Positions 1 through 11,345 are shown, counted from the first letter of the whole stretch. The stretch is DNA of 63,711 nt, filler included, from Octopus bimaculoides (GCF_001194135.2; 9 parts of 9 records of this genome joined end to end with filler, not necessarily neighbours in it); one strand, 5' to 3'. Notes: generated from the letters alone by a model not told the origin. Numbers and translations: made by a program.

Positions 1-14
1 TATATATACAATAT

Positions 15-228
15 ATATTCTTTTACTTGTTTCAGTCATTTGACTGCGGCCATCCTGGAACACCACCTTTATAGTCGATCAAATCGACTCCAGAGCTTAT
101 TCTTTGTAATAAGTACTTTATAATAGCACTTATTCTATCCGTCTCTTTTGCCGAACCGCTAGGTTACGGGGACGTAAACACACCAGCATCGATTGTCAAG
201 CGATGCTGGGGGGGGGGGGACAAAAGAC
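15..228 (-). mobile_element. SINE family A, 3' half
   Basis: Same sequence as the copies at 9665-10065, 47275-47632 and 58345-58620 (cttgtttcagtcatttgactg...ccgctaggttacggggacgtaaacacacc). Confidence 0.8.
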
Positions 229-437
229 GCACAAATCAGGGGTTACTTTGAACAGCGACGATTATATAAAAAATGTCATCAAATATTGACTGCAACTTAT
301 TTTTATTTCATATATCAGTTTACCAATTTAGTTCCCCTAACATAGTCAAATTTGATTAAGATTGAATAAAGGGTTATGAAATTATTGCAATAAGAAGTCT
401 AAAACTATTCAAAGTAATCCTGTTTCATGGTAATTAA

Positions 438-643
438 CTCTTTAGCATTTAACGCAACCATATCCAACCAAAGTATTCTACATGTTTTTACCTTCGAACA
501 GGCCAGATATACTCTAATATATTATTCTAAAATTAAGTAATCACATCATTGAAATCTCAAAGTTCCAAGGTAATGCATGACTAATTCAAATCTATGTGAA
601 TAATAAGCATTATATTTCACAGAGAAATCTGAATGCTAAAGGG
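438..643. mobile_element. piggyBac-like MITE
   Basis: TTAA at 434-437 and 644-647 flanks inverted ends CTCTTTAGCATT...AATGCTAAAGGG; related copies at 4637-4845 and 62973-63177. Confidence 0.75.
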
Positions 644-1212
644 TTAATAATGATATCCAACATTTTTGGAGAAGGGTAAAATAAAATAAACAAACCTAGT
701 ACATAAGAAAAGTTGACTTTAATGAGATTTGGATTCAGAATGTAAACTGACATCACTAAATAGCACAAAGTATTTTCTCCAATACACTAATATTTTTATT
801 AGTCTGAAATAATAGTGTTCTTTTGTGTCTAATGCATGACAGAAGTTGTTGTTGTTTTGACAGTCAGATGCACTTCTTGACACTAATCACTGAATATCTT
901 CTTTTTGTTCAGTCAGATAATCTGAAACTGAGTTAAATATACTTTATGGATGGAAACAAAGCAGCATCAGTCATTAACATTTGAACTTATGACCTTGTGA
1001 TCAGTAATCCAGAACATTAATCTCATATCCATTATAGCTCTGTAACAAACAGTTATTTGTACTCACTTTGTGCCTCTTCTTTTAATAGTATTTGTTACCA
1101 TTGTACCACAGTTGCATGCATACAGTTATTACATGGATGTGTGCTTCATTCTTATTTTATCATAAATATGTATTTATTTTCATCACTGAACTAGAACTTA
1201 CATTTTGAAAAA

Positions 1213-1497
1213 AGAAATAGGTCCACAGCTCTTCAATATCCTCCTGAAGGACCTGAGAGACCTGCATGCGGTGGATGTAGGTGTCTTCAAGATGAGGCTG
1301 GACCTCTTCCTGTCAGGCGTCTTAGATGAACCAACTTCACGGCAGGAGGTGCAGATGAGAGCAGCTGCACCAAACTCTCTAATGCACCAAATGTCAATTC
1401 CTGAAGTAAAATTGTGTAGCAACACCAAATGGCAGTGCCCCAGCATGGCCACAGCTCATGAGCTGAAACTAGATAAAATGAAAATGAAAATGAAAAA
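1213..1497 (+). mobile_element. 3' end of CR1/L2-group LINE ORF2 with (AAAATG)n tail
   Basis: Translation GPQLFNILLKDLRDLHAVDVGVFKMRLDLFLSGVLDEP...NSLMHQ resembles the C-terminus of CR1/L2/Crack ORF2 and is followed by a short tandem tail. Confidence 0.7.
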
Positions 1498-1680
1498 ATA
1501 TATATAAAAATTAAATGTTTTCTGAATGGAACATTTTATTCTACATTACTTTTCTATTAGAAAGAGCAATACAGGCATATCTTAACTTATGTCAGAACTT
1601 TGAAAATGATGTAACATGAAAAGCATTTAAAACAATTTATTAGCACATATTTGTTTTAATAAATGATTTGAACATATTCT

Positions 1681-2058
1681 CATCATCATCATCATCATCA
1701 TCATCACTTAACATCTGTTTTCCATGCCAGCATGGCTTGGACAGATTAACAGGGATATGCAAGGCTAGGGGCCGCACCAGGTTCCATAGTCTGTTTTGGC
1801 TTGGTTTCTACAGCTGGATGCCTTCTTAATGCCTACCACTTTACAGTGGGTGCAAAGTGCTTTTTATGTGGCACCAGTACCCATACCAATATTTATGTGG
1901 CACCCTAGTTTTAAGATCTCAGTTCTGTTGTGAGCAGGTCTTCTTGAGTGGTGGCCGGGTTTTCTCAAGTACAGCAATGCACCACATATTTTGGGTTCTG
2001 TCATCTCCTTCATAAAGTTCAGTATTTTGAGATTGGCATGGGTTTCCTTGTTCCACAA
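1681..2058 (-). mobile_element. 5'-truncated RTE LINE (ORF C-terminus + 3'UTR + (GAT)n tail)
   Basis: Minus translation WNKETHANLKILNFMKEMT resembles the RTE end (WDEVVKxDLxxLxLTxEMT); the UTR is shared with many copies in the window. Confidence 0.7.
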
Positions 2059-2542
2059 CTTCCTTGATTTTTCACTTCAGTATTGGTTTTTAGGTGTTTT
2101 TATAATTTTTATACCCTTAAATATGTTCACTGAAATCAACATAAAGTCAGATAAATTGACTGAAGTTGAGGGTTTGTTTTTTTTCTTTCATTAATTTCTT
2201 AGTAAAATGATGTAAAGTAAAAAAAGGCATAACTAGAAATGACATAAGTTGAAGTATTTTTGTACTTGATCAACTTGATTCAGTTCCAAATTAATATTTA
2301 CCATTCAGTCCACCTAGCTATTAGGAATAGTTACCATGTTTGGAAGGAAAGATGATCGATAGACTTGATTACCCACTGAGAGATACCTGTGATTACAGGT
2401 CATGAAGCTTTTGACTATCTATTGCACCAGGACATGAGAAAAATTAATATTCATTTTTTCATGCTTTAATTCACCTTTCTTTATCTGTATGTACACACAC
2501 ACAACACAAACATACATGTGTTTGTGTGTGTGTGTAAATATC

Positions 2543-3970
2543 ATCATTATTGTTTAACGTCCACTTTCCATGCTGGCATGGGTTGAAAGGTTTGACTGAG
2601 GACTGATGAGCCAGAAGGCTGCACCAGGATCAATCCGATCTGGAAAATTTCTACAGCTGGATGCCCTTCCTAATGCCAACCACTCCGAGAGTGTAGTGGG
2701 TGCTTTTACATGCCACCAGCACGAGGGCCAGCCAGGTAGTTCTGGCAACAGCCATGCTCAAAAGGTGTTTTTTACATGCTACCTGCACAGGAACCAGTCT
2801 GGTGGCACTGGTAATGACCACGCATGAATGTTGTTTTTCACCTGCCACCAGCACATGTGCTGGTAAGGTGAAGCTGGCAATGATCACGCTCAAATGGTGC
2901 TTTTTATGTGTCACTAGCACAGAAGCCAATCCATGGCCCTGGCAACAATCATGCTCGGATGTGCTTTTAACATTCCACTGGCACAAGTGCCAATCAGGCG
3001 GTACTGTCATCAGCCACGTCAGTGAGTTTGATTTTGATTTCACTTGCCTCTATACTTTTTATGTGAGACCAGCACCAGTGGTATTACCAAGTAACTTGCA
3101 AGACAAAGGTCCCTCAATTGAGATGGGTGGGGTAGTATTGAGGGAGGTGGCTTTGTGCCAGTTGATGAGACGGACAGAGACAGGTGTCTGGTTGTTGAAG
3201 AGATTCATGTTTATCCCAGTTGGAAGAAAAAGGTGAGAAAAGAGAAATTGAGATAGAGTTGGTGGTGGAAATGTGTTGAGGTAGTGGGAAGACATACCAT
3301 CAATGGTACAGTGGTAGGGGATGAATGTAAGTGAAGTGGTACTGAGGATTGGGTGGAGGCGCAATGGCCCAGTGGTTAGGGCAGCGAACTTGCGGTCATA
3401 GGATCGCAGTTTCGATTCCCAGACCGGGCGTTGTGAGTGTTTATTGAGCAAAAACACCTAAAGCTCCACGAGGCTCCGGCAGGGGATGGTGGCGAACCCT
3501 GCTGTACTCTTTCACCACAACTTTCTCTCACTCTTACATCCTGTTTCTGTTGTGCCTGTAATTCAAAGGGTCAGCCTTGTCACACTGTGTCACGCTGAAT
3601 ATCCCCGAGAACTACGTTAAGGGTACACGTGTCTGTGGAGTGCTCAGCCACTTGCACGTTAATTTCACAAGCAGGCTGTTCCATTGATCGGATCAACTGG
3701 AACCCTTGACGTCGTAAGCGACGGAGTGCCAACAACAACAACTGAGGATTGGACAGAGTGAGTGGGCAAAGGGGATAGAGGAGTAAGTCTTATAAGAGTG
3801 TGAGGAGAGATGGTAAGAGATGGGGTAGAGATGACTGTAGTAAGTGACCATATAGGAGTGACTCAAGTGGGACTATGGTAGATATGTGATGGCATTGAGA
3901 GTTACAGCCAACCAGTAAGAGATGTTAAAGATGGAATATAGCAGTGGGGAGAGAGAGTGAGAGAGAGAGA
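2543..3970 (-). mobile_element. RTE-tailed non-autonomous element with internal ~60-bp tandem units and C/T-rich 5' body (left end at (GAT)n tail; right end approximate)
   Basis: RTE-type tail at 2543-2700, degenerate ~60-bp units at 2700-3075; 3080-3240 matches 41040-41170 in reverse; interrupted by SINE B at 3353. Confidence 0.55.
3353..3740 (+). mobile_element. SINE family B, full length, 12-bp TSD
   Basis: tRNA-like head (tggcccagtgg; gtttcgattccc), (CAA)n tail, exact TSD actgaggattgg at 3341-3352 and 3741-3752. Confidence 0.9.
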
Positions 3971-4636
3971 GAATAATGGTTGCTAGATGACTCTTTTAGT
4001 GGTGGGCCATTCATTACTCCATGTAAGATTGTGGGAATATATTCATTTTTTTATCTAATTGCGTGTACACCTCCACCACTAAACCACTTTCAGAAGTAAA
4101 TCATCACCAAACAATGTATTTAAACTTTAACACTGTCTATTTTGTTCTGGCTAAAACTTAAGAAAGCTAAAGATTATGTAAAAAGAAAATGGCTTCTACT
4201 GAATCTGTTGAGTTTGGAAGACATGTTTATAAGGTAATATTGCAAACCTCTTTCATACACACACACATGTGCCTGCACACACATGTACTCACATGCATAC
4301 ACACATGTATATACACAAATACAGATGTACTTACACACACTCATGCACATAAATGCATACATACATACACAACAAACACGTGGTCATGCACATTTTATAT
4401 ATAGCAACACAACCACAGTCTAATCTAAATTTAGGATATCTATTAACACTTAATTATTTAAAGACAATGAATGCATTTAACACACCCATTAATAATGCCA
4501 AGCTGCTTACAGACATACCAGAACTCACTGAAATTCATTTAGTACTTACTAGCTTCTGCCAAAAAGTACACAATGCTCGAACATACAAGAAACTCATCCT
4601 ATCTTTTGATGAAAGTTCAATGTATCCCTTGTTTAA

Positions 4637-4845
4637 CGTTTTCATGTTCAGATTACTCTGTCAAATGTAATGCTTACTTGTTCAGATTGTTTTGAATTAA
4701 TCAGACATTATCTTAGCTTTGAGATTTCAATGATGTTATTGTTTATTTTTAGAATGGCATTGTGGGATAGGTGTGAGAAGCCAGGTTTCAGCATGAAACA
4801 GGAAGAATATTTGGGCCAGATATGAATAGTTTAAATGCTAAAGGA
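4637..4845 (-). mobile_element. piggyBac-like MITE copy
   Basis: Reverse-complement match to 438-643, TTAA on both sides. Confidence 0.65.
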
Positions 4846-5029
4846 TTAAATAAAATATGATTTAAAAGTCAATACCTCTGATTAATAAATTAATCTCTCA
4901 GATCAATTTACTTAGTGCACAATACACAATACTACAGTACCCAGACAGTTCCAGTTGGTACATGAGACAACTAGCCACAACAAGCTATTTGTTACCAAGT
5001 TACTCAGCAGCAAAAAGCCAGTTGACATT

Positions 5030-5238
5030 AAGCAGAACTGTTAGCAGGTTGGGAAAAATGTTTAGTAATATTTTGTCCATCTTTACATTCTGAGTTCAAA
5101 TTCCACCGAGGTCAGCTTTGCCCTTCATCCTTTCAGGAGTCAATAAAATAAGTACCAGTTGAGCACTAGGGTCAATGTAATCAACTTAGCCTCACCCCTG
5201 AAATTGCTAGCCTTGTGCCAAAATGTGAAGCCGATATT
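5030..5238 (+). mobile_element. SINE family C monomer inserted in a degenerate ~65-bp tandem repeat (4965-5420)
   Basis: ttctgagttcaaattccaccgaggtcagctttgcccttcatcctttc core; flanks repeat ttactcagcag...aagcc. Confidence 0.7.
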
Positions 5239-5536
5239 AAATTACTCAGCAGTAACAAGCCATTCTACAACAAATCACTAAAACACAATAAGCTATTTAA
5301 AACCAAAGTACTCAGCAACAACAAGCCATCCAACAACCAATCACTCTGCAGCTGTATATCAATCAACTGTCAGTGAATCAGCAGGGAGACGCCATCCAAC
5401 AATCAGTTACCAAGTCATCCATTCACCTAGGGGCTGCAAGCCAGTCCAATACTTCAGTTCATTCAAAAACTATCACTCACCTGTAGTTAATCTGACTGCT
5501 CATGTTCTTTGACATCTAAAACTTCCCTAGATACCA

Positions 5537-5815
5537 CTGTCATGGTGGGAGGGTCTTCCTGAGTACAGCAATGCACCACAAGAGTATTGATATCCTGAAA
5601 TCAAGGTATCACAAAAAAGTATTGGTGTGGGTGCTGGTGCCACATAAAAATCACCCAGTACACTCTGTAAAGTGGTTGATATTTGGAAGGACATCGAGCT
5701 GTAGAAGCCAAGCCAAAACAGACTATGGAACCTGGTGCACCCCCTTGACCTTACCAGTTCCTGTGAAGCTGTCCAACCCATGACAGCATGGGAAATAGAC
5801 ATTAAATGTTGATGA
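5537..5815 (+). mobile_element. RTE 3' fragment with inverted 5' segment (5537-5580)
   Basis: 5581-5815 is sense RTE UTR/tail; 5537-5580 is the reverse complement of the segment immediately upstream in the copies at 1915-1990 and 12115-12160. Confidence 0.65.
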
Positions 5816-6070
5816 CTACTACTACTATCACCACCACCACAGTCGCTGCCACTGCCATTACTGTTAAAAATAAAGAATGGCAGACGAAATGTTATCCTCA
5901 CCTATTCCCTCTTAGCTACCCCTACTACAAACAATCACTGGAAAATATCTTAGTAATCTGGGGGAAAGTGGTCTTTGTTGTCATGGTGATTTGTAGATTT
6001 CAACTTTCAAAATGGGAATTTGGCCTTATTCACTCTGTGATGTAGTTCATCATTGACCATACATTAAATA

Positions 6071-6312
6071 CCAATGCCATGTGGTGGCGCATTAAAGGCA
6101 CCCGTGCTAGTGACACAATAAAGGCACGCATTCCAGTGAAACACAAACAGGCACTCAGAACACTCTGTGGAGTGGTTGGTGTTATGAAGGGCATTCAGCC
6201 ATAGAAACCAAGCCAAAACAAACTGGTGCCTGATGCAGCTCTCCGGCTTACCATCTCCAGTCAAATGGTCTAACCCATGACAGCATGGAAAATGGATATT
6301 AAATGATGATGA
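6071..6312 (+). mobile_element. RTE 3'UTR/tail fragment
   Basis: gtggttggtgttatgaagggcattcagccatagaaacc...aacccatgacagcatggaaaatggatattaaatgatgatgatg. Confidence 0.7.
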
Positions 6313-6314
6313 TG

Positions 6315-6590
6315 TCCATATAAGTAAAGTGTCTTCTCTCCTTCAGTTTCTACACATTGACAGCAATGGTCTCAGGTTGTGCCACTTACCTCAAATCAAG
6401 ATGAGGCTGACAGAGGTTCAGTTTTCTGGACATTAATTTTCAGACCTAATTTTATGACTGCACCATCAGAAGTATCCAACAAGCTTTGCTTGTTCTTGAA
6501 AAACTGTGAAGAAGTGCATTATTATCAGCAAGCAATAATTCTCCCACGATCACAAATAGGGTTTTGGTATTAGTTTTGAGTTGGGGGGCA
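6315..6590 (-). pseudogene. Degenerate RTE (BovB-like) reverse transcriptase fragment
   Basis: Minus translation with frameshifts: KTNTKTLFVIVGELLLADNNALL / QSLLDTSDGAVIKLGLKINVQKTE / IAVNV*KLKERRHFTYG, matching RTE RT RELLFADD...LGLxINxxKTE...FTYLG. Confidence 0.6.
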
Positions 6591-6644
6591 ACACCTTAAA
6601 CTGGTTAGCATCAGGAAAATAAGTTTATTTACAATCATAAACTA

Positions 6645-7255
6645 TAGGCACAGGTGTGGCTGTGCAGTTAAGAAGCTTACTTCCCAACTGTCGTCTTGGG
6701 TTTGGTTCCACTGTGCAGCATCTTGGGCATGTGTTTTCTACTATAGCCTCAGGCTGATCGAAGCTTTGTGAGTAAATTTGGTAGATGAAAACTGAAAGAA
6801 GCTCATTGTATATATGTATGTATGTATATACAGTAATACCTCATTTTATGAGGACCCACTTTATGAGACGCCAGGTTTACAAGTTTTTACGAGTTTTATT
6901 TTCTGTTTACGAGTTTTCACTTTACAAGCATTCTCCAGGAACAAATTAACTCGTATATCAAGGTGTTACTCTGTGTGTGTGTGTGTGTATGTGCGTGCGT
7001 GCATGTGTGTGTGTGTATATGCGTGCGTGCGTGTGTGTGTGTGTGTGTCTTTGTGTCAAGGTTTGTCTCTCATTCTCATTTGACAACTTGTATTGGTTTA
7101 TTTACATCCCTATAATTTAGTGGTTCTCCTACAGAGGCTGACAGCATAAATACTAGGCTTCAAAAATAAGTGCCAGGGTTGATTTTTTGACAAAGCCCTT
7201 CAAGGCAGTCCAGTATGGCTGCACCCTAATGACTGAAACAGATAAAAGATAAAAA
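6645..7255 (+). mobile_element. SINE family A, old copy with internal microsatellite and nested MITE
   Basis: tRNA-like head, CORE-like tcttgggcatgtgttttctactatagcctc, and 3' end cctaatgactgaaacagataaaagat. Confidence 0.7.
6831..6973. mobile_element. Tigger/pogo-type MITE
   Basis: TA|CAGTAATACCTC...AAGGTGTTACTCTG ends and six internal tttaYRag motifs. Confidence 0.55.
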
Positions 7256-7538
7256 AATAATTTTTCTATTCTCATACCAGCTTTGATTCCACATAGCTAT
7301 CAGCAAGCATTCCAGCCATAGTACTACTGTCTTGTTCAGACAGAATGGACAGCCATGTTGAAGTGGCTACAAACAGTGCTTGTTAGCACAACTACTGCAT
7401 TGATCTCTTAGAGTGATTTTAGAACAAGTATTTATGAACTAATAATAACAATAATTGTTTGTATTGTCCTGTTTTGTCCCGTCTATGTACAATATTAATT
7501 ATCTTAATAAAAAATTCATCTCTAGTAGACGAGGCATC

Positions 7539-7586
7539 CAGTACTGAAGAGAGGCAGAAATAGCCTGGAACCAGGCTGGTCTGCTG
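7539..7586 (+). ncRNA. Degenerate type I hammerhead ribozyme
   Basis: Stem I cagta/tgctg, CTGAAGA 7544-7550, stem II aggc/gcct, GAAA altered to GGAA, stem III acca/tggt, GTC 7579-7581. Confidence 0.55.
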
Positions 7587-8131
7587 ATCCTATCACGAGA
7601 GGGTGATAGGGGTTCACTCCCCTGCTCGCAATATCTCGGATGCAGTTGTGCATCATTAACCAGCTAGAGGAGATGTCCCCTTGGAGTTAAAATATCCCAG
7701 TGAAGTCCATTTGAACAGACTGATATGTTGAAGTGGCTGTGAACATTACTTGCCATATATATATATATATATATATATANNNNNNNNNNNNNNNNNNNNN
7801 NNNNNNNNNNNNNNNNNNNNNNNNNNNNNNNNNNNNNNNNNNNNNNNNNNNNNNNNNNNNNNNNNNNNNNNNNNNNNNNNNNNNNNNNNNNNNNNNNNNN
7901 NNNNNNNNNTATATATATATGGCAAATATGATATCTGGGTACAAATAATGATCTTTTCAAATGCATTTTGAAAATCAGAAAGTTATGAGGTTAAAGTTTC
8001 TGAAAATTAACCTGTCCAATTTATCTTTATTTTCATTCAAGTGAGACCATATTCCACTGCTGTCTCTTTTGTGATGTCATGTAACATGTCTTTGAAACTT
8101 TATACATGTCTTCTCTTTCTCTGTCTTCATT

Positions 8132-8721
8132 TTGTCAAAGTCACAATCCTTTTATTACCACCTTTCTGTTTAAATACACTATCTTCTTCTTCATCATCAT
8201 CCTTTAGCATCTGTTTTTCATGTTGGCATGGGTTAGATGGTTTCATTGAGACTGGTAAGCTGAAGAGCTGCACCAGGCTTCGGTCATCAGTTTTGGCTTG
8301 GTTTATACAGCTGGATGCCCTTCCTAATGCCAGGCACTTTACAGAAAGTACTGGGTCTTTTTTATGTGTCACCAGCATAGATAGCTTTTATGTGTCACTG
8401 GCACAGGCAGTGACCATGATTCACTTAGCTTGATATGTTGTCTCAGGCACAGCAAGTCTCCAGGAGTCTTGGTCACTTGTCATTGCCTCTGTGAGGCTCA
8501 ACAACTGAAGATCATATTTCACTACCCTGTCCCACATCTTCCTGAGCCTACCCCTTCCACAGGTTCCCCCAACAATTAGAGATCAGCACTTCTTTATGCA
8601 ATTGTCTTAATCCATATGCATCATATGACCATACCAGTGCAGTCTTCTCCCTTGCACACTAAAACTGATGCCTCTTATCCCCAATTTTTCTCTTCAAACA
8701 CTTACACTGTATCACACATGC
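8132..8721 (-). mobile_element. 5'-truncated RTE LINE (ORF C-terminus + UTR + tail), abutting an LTR element at 8722
   Basis: Minus translation LGIRGISFSVQGRRLHWYGHMMHMD...GTCGRGRLRKMWDRVVKYDLQLLSLTEAMTSDQDSWRLAV. Confidence 0.85.
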
Positions 8722-8985
8722 TGTTATATGAACTGTTGGATATGTTATTCATCTGACGTTCCGTGTGTCACTGTGGTTCGTCTGAGTTCATTGTTTCATT
8801 GCTGTTGTCTTGTGTGACTGTCGTAGTAAAATGTCATTGATATATATATGGCGGACATGATTCTTGTTTATTCATAACGAACATTGGGTGAGTGCGTTCT
8901 TTGCATGTAATTGAATAATAAATGTAATAATTAAATTGTACAACTCGTTGTGTTATCTCTGCGAGCCCCCGAGGGAAATACAACA
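8722..8985 (+). mobile_element. 5' LTR of a Ty3/Gypsy retrotransposon
   Basis: TGTTATAT...ATACAACA termini, TATA-like 8841-8849, AATAAA 8917-8922, followed by PBS and gag. Confidence 0.8.
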
Positions 8986-8993
8986 GAGTTTAT

Positions 8994-9012
8994 TGGCGTC
9001 GCTAGTAGGATT
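8994..9012 (+). promoter_or_regulatory. Primer-binding site, probably tRNA-Ser
   Basis: TGGCGTCGCTAGTAGGATT 8 nt after the LTR; pattern TGGCG...AGGATT is complementary to tRNA-Ser-type 3' ends (...AATCCTGC...CGCCA). Isoacceptor not verified. Confidence 0.65.
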
Positions 9013-9052
9013 ACATGCTTACTTTACCGTAAAATTATTCATCGTAATAATA

Positions 9053-9379
9053 ATGGCTGAAAAACAGACAGTAGAGCTTATTAAATTGTTTAGGGAACAA
9101 ATGGACAAGCAAATGCAACAACATCAGAGAGATATGGACGCTCTGTTAAAACTGTTTGGTGCTCGACAAGTTGAAGGCGATCCTAGTGGCTATTTTTCAG
9201 CTGCTTCAACAACAGTGTCGATTCCACCATTTGCTGCATTTGATTCTACGACAGAACTATGGCCTGATTACTGGTCAAGATTCCGTATGTTTGTGGCTGC
9301 TAATGCTGTACCTGAAAAACGCATGGCACAAGTGTTCCGGACCAATCAGACTGCTACTGTTTACAAGCAACTTGCTAAT
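9053..9379 (+). CDS. Gypsy Gag N-terminus, open into a gap
   Basis: MAEKQTVELIKLF...SIPPFAAFDSTTELWPDYWSRFRMFVAANAVPEKRMAQVF resembles K02A2.6-like/Mag-type gag; stop-free for 109 codons. Confidence 0.75.
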
Positions 9380-9664
9380 NNNNNNNNNNNNNNNNNNNNN
9401 NNNNNNNNNNNNNNNNNNNNNNNTTAATTAATTAANNNNNNNNNNNNNNNNNNNNNNNNNNNNNNNNNNNNNNNNNNNNTACATTAATCTGATGGGTTGG
9501 ATCACTCTATACTTTTGTTGAGTACAAATTTATTATTCTTCAGCAAGAACATCGTTGACAGTGACTTCAAAGTTTCAGCTAGCTAAGTCATCACCAGGCA
9601 GTCAGATGATGGCTTAGCTGACCAAAGCTTTGAACGACATGTTTATGAATAATAAATAAATATA

Positions 9665-10065
9665 TTCTCTTTTACTCTTTCTTACTTGTTTCAGTCATTT
9701 GACTGTGGCCATGCTGGAGCACCGCCTTTAGTCGAGCAAATCGACCACAGAAGTTATTCTTTGTAAGCCTAGTACTTATTCTATCGGTCTCTTTGGCTGA
9801 ACCGCTAAGTTACGGGGACGTAAACACACCATCGGTTGTCAAGTGATGTTGTGAGGACAAACACAGACACACAAACACACACACGCATATATATATATAC
9901 ATATACATATATATACGACAGGATTCTTTCAGTTTCCATCTACCAAATCCACTCACAAGGCTTTGGTCGACCCAAGGCTATAGTAGAAGACACTTGCCCA
10001 AGGTGCCACGCAGTGGGACTGAACCCAGAACCATGTGGTTGGGAAGCAAGCTACTTACCACGGGG
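9665..10065 (-). mobile_element. SINE family A, near full length
   Basis: Head with B box (gggttcagtccc), CORE-like ccttgggcaagtgtcttct, internal (TA/CA)n, tail gactgaaacaagtaagaaagagtaaaagag. Confidence 0.85.
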
Positions 10066-10074
10066 TAAGGGGTC

Positions 10075-10300
10075 TTTGTGCTTGTGTTTGTCACCCACCA
10101 CCAGTTGACAACTGGTGTTGCTTTGTTTACATCCCTGTAACTTAGGAGTTTAGCAAGAAGAGATCAATTGAATTAATAGCAAGCCTAAGAATAAGTACTG
10201 GGGTTGTTGATTTGTTTGAGTAAATCCTGCAAGTCGGTGCCCCAGCATGGCCACAATCCAGTAACTGAAACAAATAAAAGAAAAATGACAAAGGATAAAA
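10075..10300 (+). mobile_element. SINE family A, 3' half
   Basis: tgtttacatccctgtaacttagg...ccagcatggccacaatccagtaactgaaacaaataaaag. Confidence 0.65.
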
Positions 10301-10394
10301 GGGAGAGAGAGAGAAGAAAAACAATGAAGGGCTGGGAAAGCAGAAGAAGGGCAGAAGAAAGAGAAAAAGAGAAAAAAAAAAGGATGAAAAGAAA

Positions 10395-10730
10395 ATGGTA
10401 GAAGTTCAGTGTCTTGAGATCAGGTCTCACCCCCTCTTTCCATGATTTCTTTAATCTTCCCCTTCTGCAGTTTTTTTCATTTGAGTCCCTTGACATTTCT
10501 TCAGCCTACTGTCGTCCTCCATTCACATTACCACATCTCCATACATCTCAGCTTTCTCTCCAACACACTACATCTGATATCTCTTATATACCCAGATTTT
10601 CTCACGGCTCATTTGTGCTTTTTTGGTTCATAATGACTAACAATATGCATCCAGTGGAGCATGCACCCCTTTTTTTCTTTCTAGCCTTCAAACAGCCAGT
10701 CAATGGCCCATGCTTACGTCGGATATACTG
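10395..10730 (-). pseudogene. Degenerate RTE ORF C-terminal fragment
   Basis: Minus translations MLHWM..., IRDIRCSVLERKLR, CRRGRLKKSWKEGVRPDLKTLN; same family as 8132-8721. Confidence 0.7.
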
Positions 10731-11034
10731 CAGGGAATAAATAACACAAAGCAATCTATCTGACATTCTAGAAGCTCTGCTGATTCACAACCTCAGCTGC
10801 GGCCCCTTTTCTACTATAGGCATAAAATATGAAATTTTGGAGAAGGGGGCTAAACTATTACATCAGACCCTGTGCTTATTTTATCAATTGTAAAAGAATG
10901 ACTCTATGTTATTAACCTCTGAAAGGTGAAAGGTAGGATTTGAACTCAGAACCACAAGGTGTTTTGTCAAGCACTCAGACAATTCAACCTGGCATAAGAC
11001 CACACACTTTGTAGAGAAAACTGTTGATTAATTC

Positions 11035-11345
11035 ACTTTCTTTCTTGCCTTTAACCTTCCAATGCAGAGTATAGGCCACTTATAATTGAATTTCAAGTCG
11101 CATAATTTTTCGCTTCTGTATTTATACTCTGCCATGAATGTCCCCCTTTCTCTAGTTCCTTTTTATTTGATCTACGCCACGAGTTCTTAGGCCTACCCCT
11201 CTTTCTATATCCATCTGGATTCCACTGTAAAGCACTTTTCGCTACATTTGGTGTGTCCTTTCTAATTGTGCTACCAATCCACTTCCACTTTTTCTTAAAT
11301 ATTTGCTCCCAATCGAAACTTGATTCGTTCTTTGCCATAGCTCCA
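11035..11345 (-). mobile_element. 3' fragment of a second RTE family
   Basis: KKKWKWIGSTIRKDTPNVAKSALQWNPDGYRKRGRPKNSWRR...IISGLYSA matches the RTE C-terminal WIGHTLRK/ALxWNPxGxRxRGRP motifs. Confidence 0.85.

Noticed and set aside
3353-3430. tRNA genes at SINE heads (also 20652, 46969, 49127)
   Set aside because: They have A/B boxes but no complete cloverleaf and continue into SINE bodies.
6384-6500. Apparent minus-strand exon with GTAAGT donor
   Set aside because: Better explained as part of the RTE RT remnant, whose similarity continues across both putative splice sites.
9424-9435. TTAATTAATTAA between N runs (also near 15836, 17617, 23331, 25056, 43606, 49829, 57355)
   Set aside because: Artificial all-frame-stop scaffold linker, not biological.
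9564-9635. Pre-miRNA-like hairpin
   Set aside because: It needs several large bulges to pair, and there is no other support.
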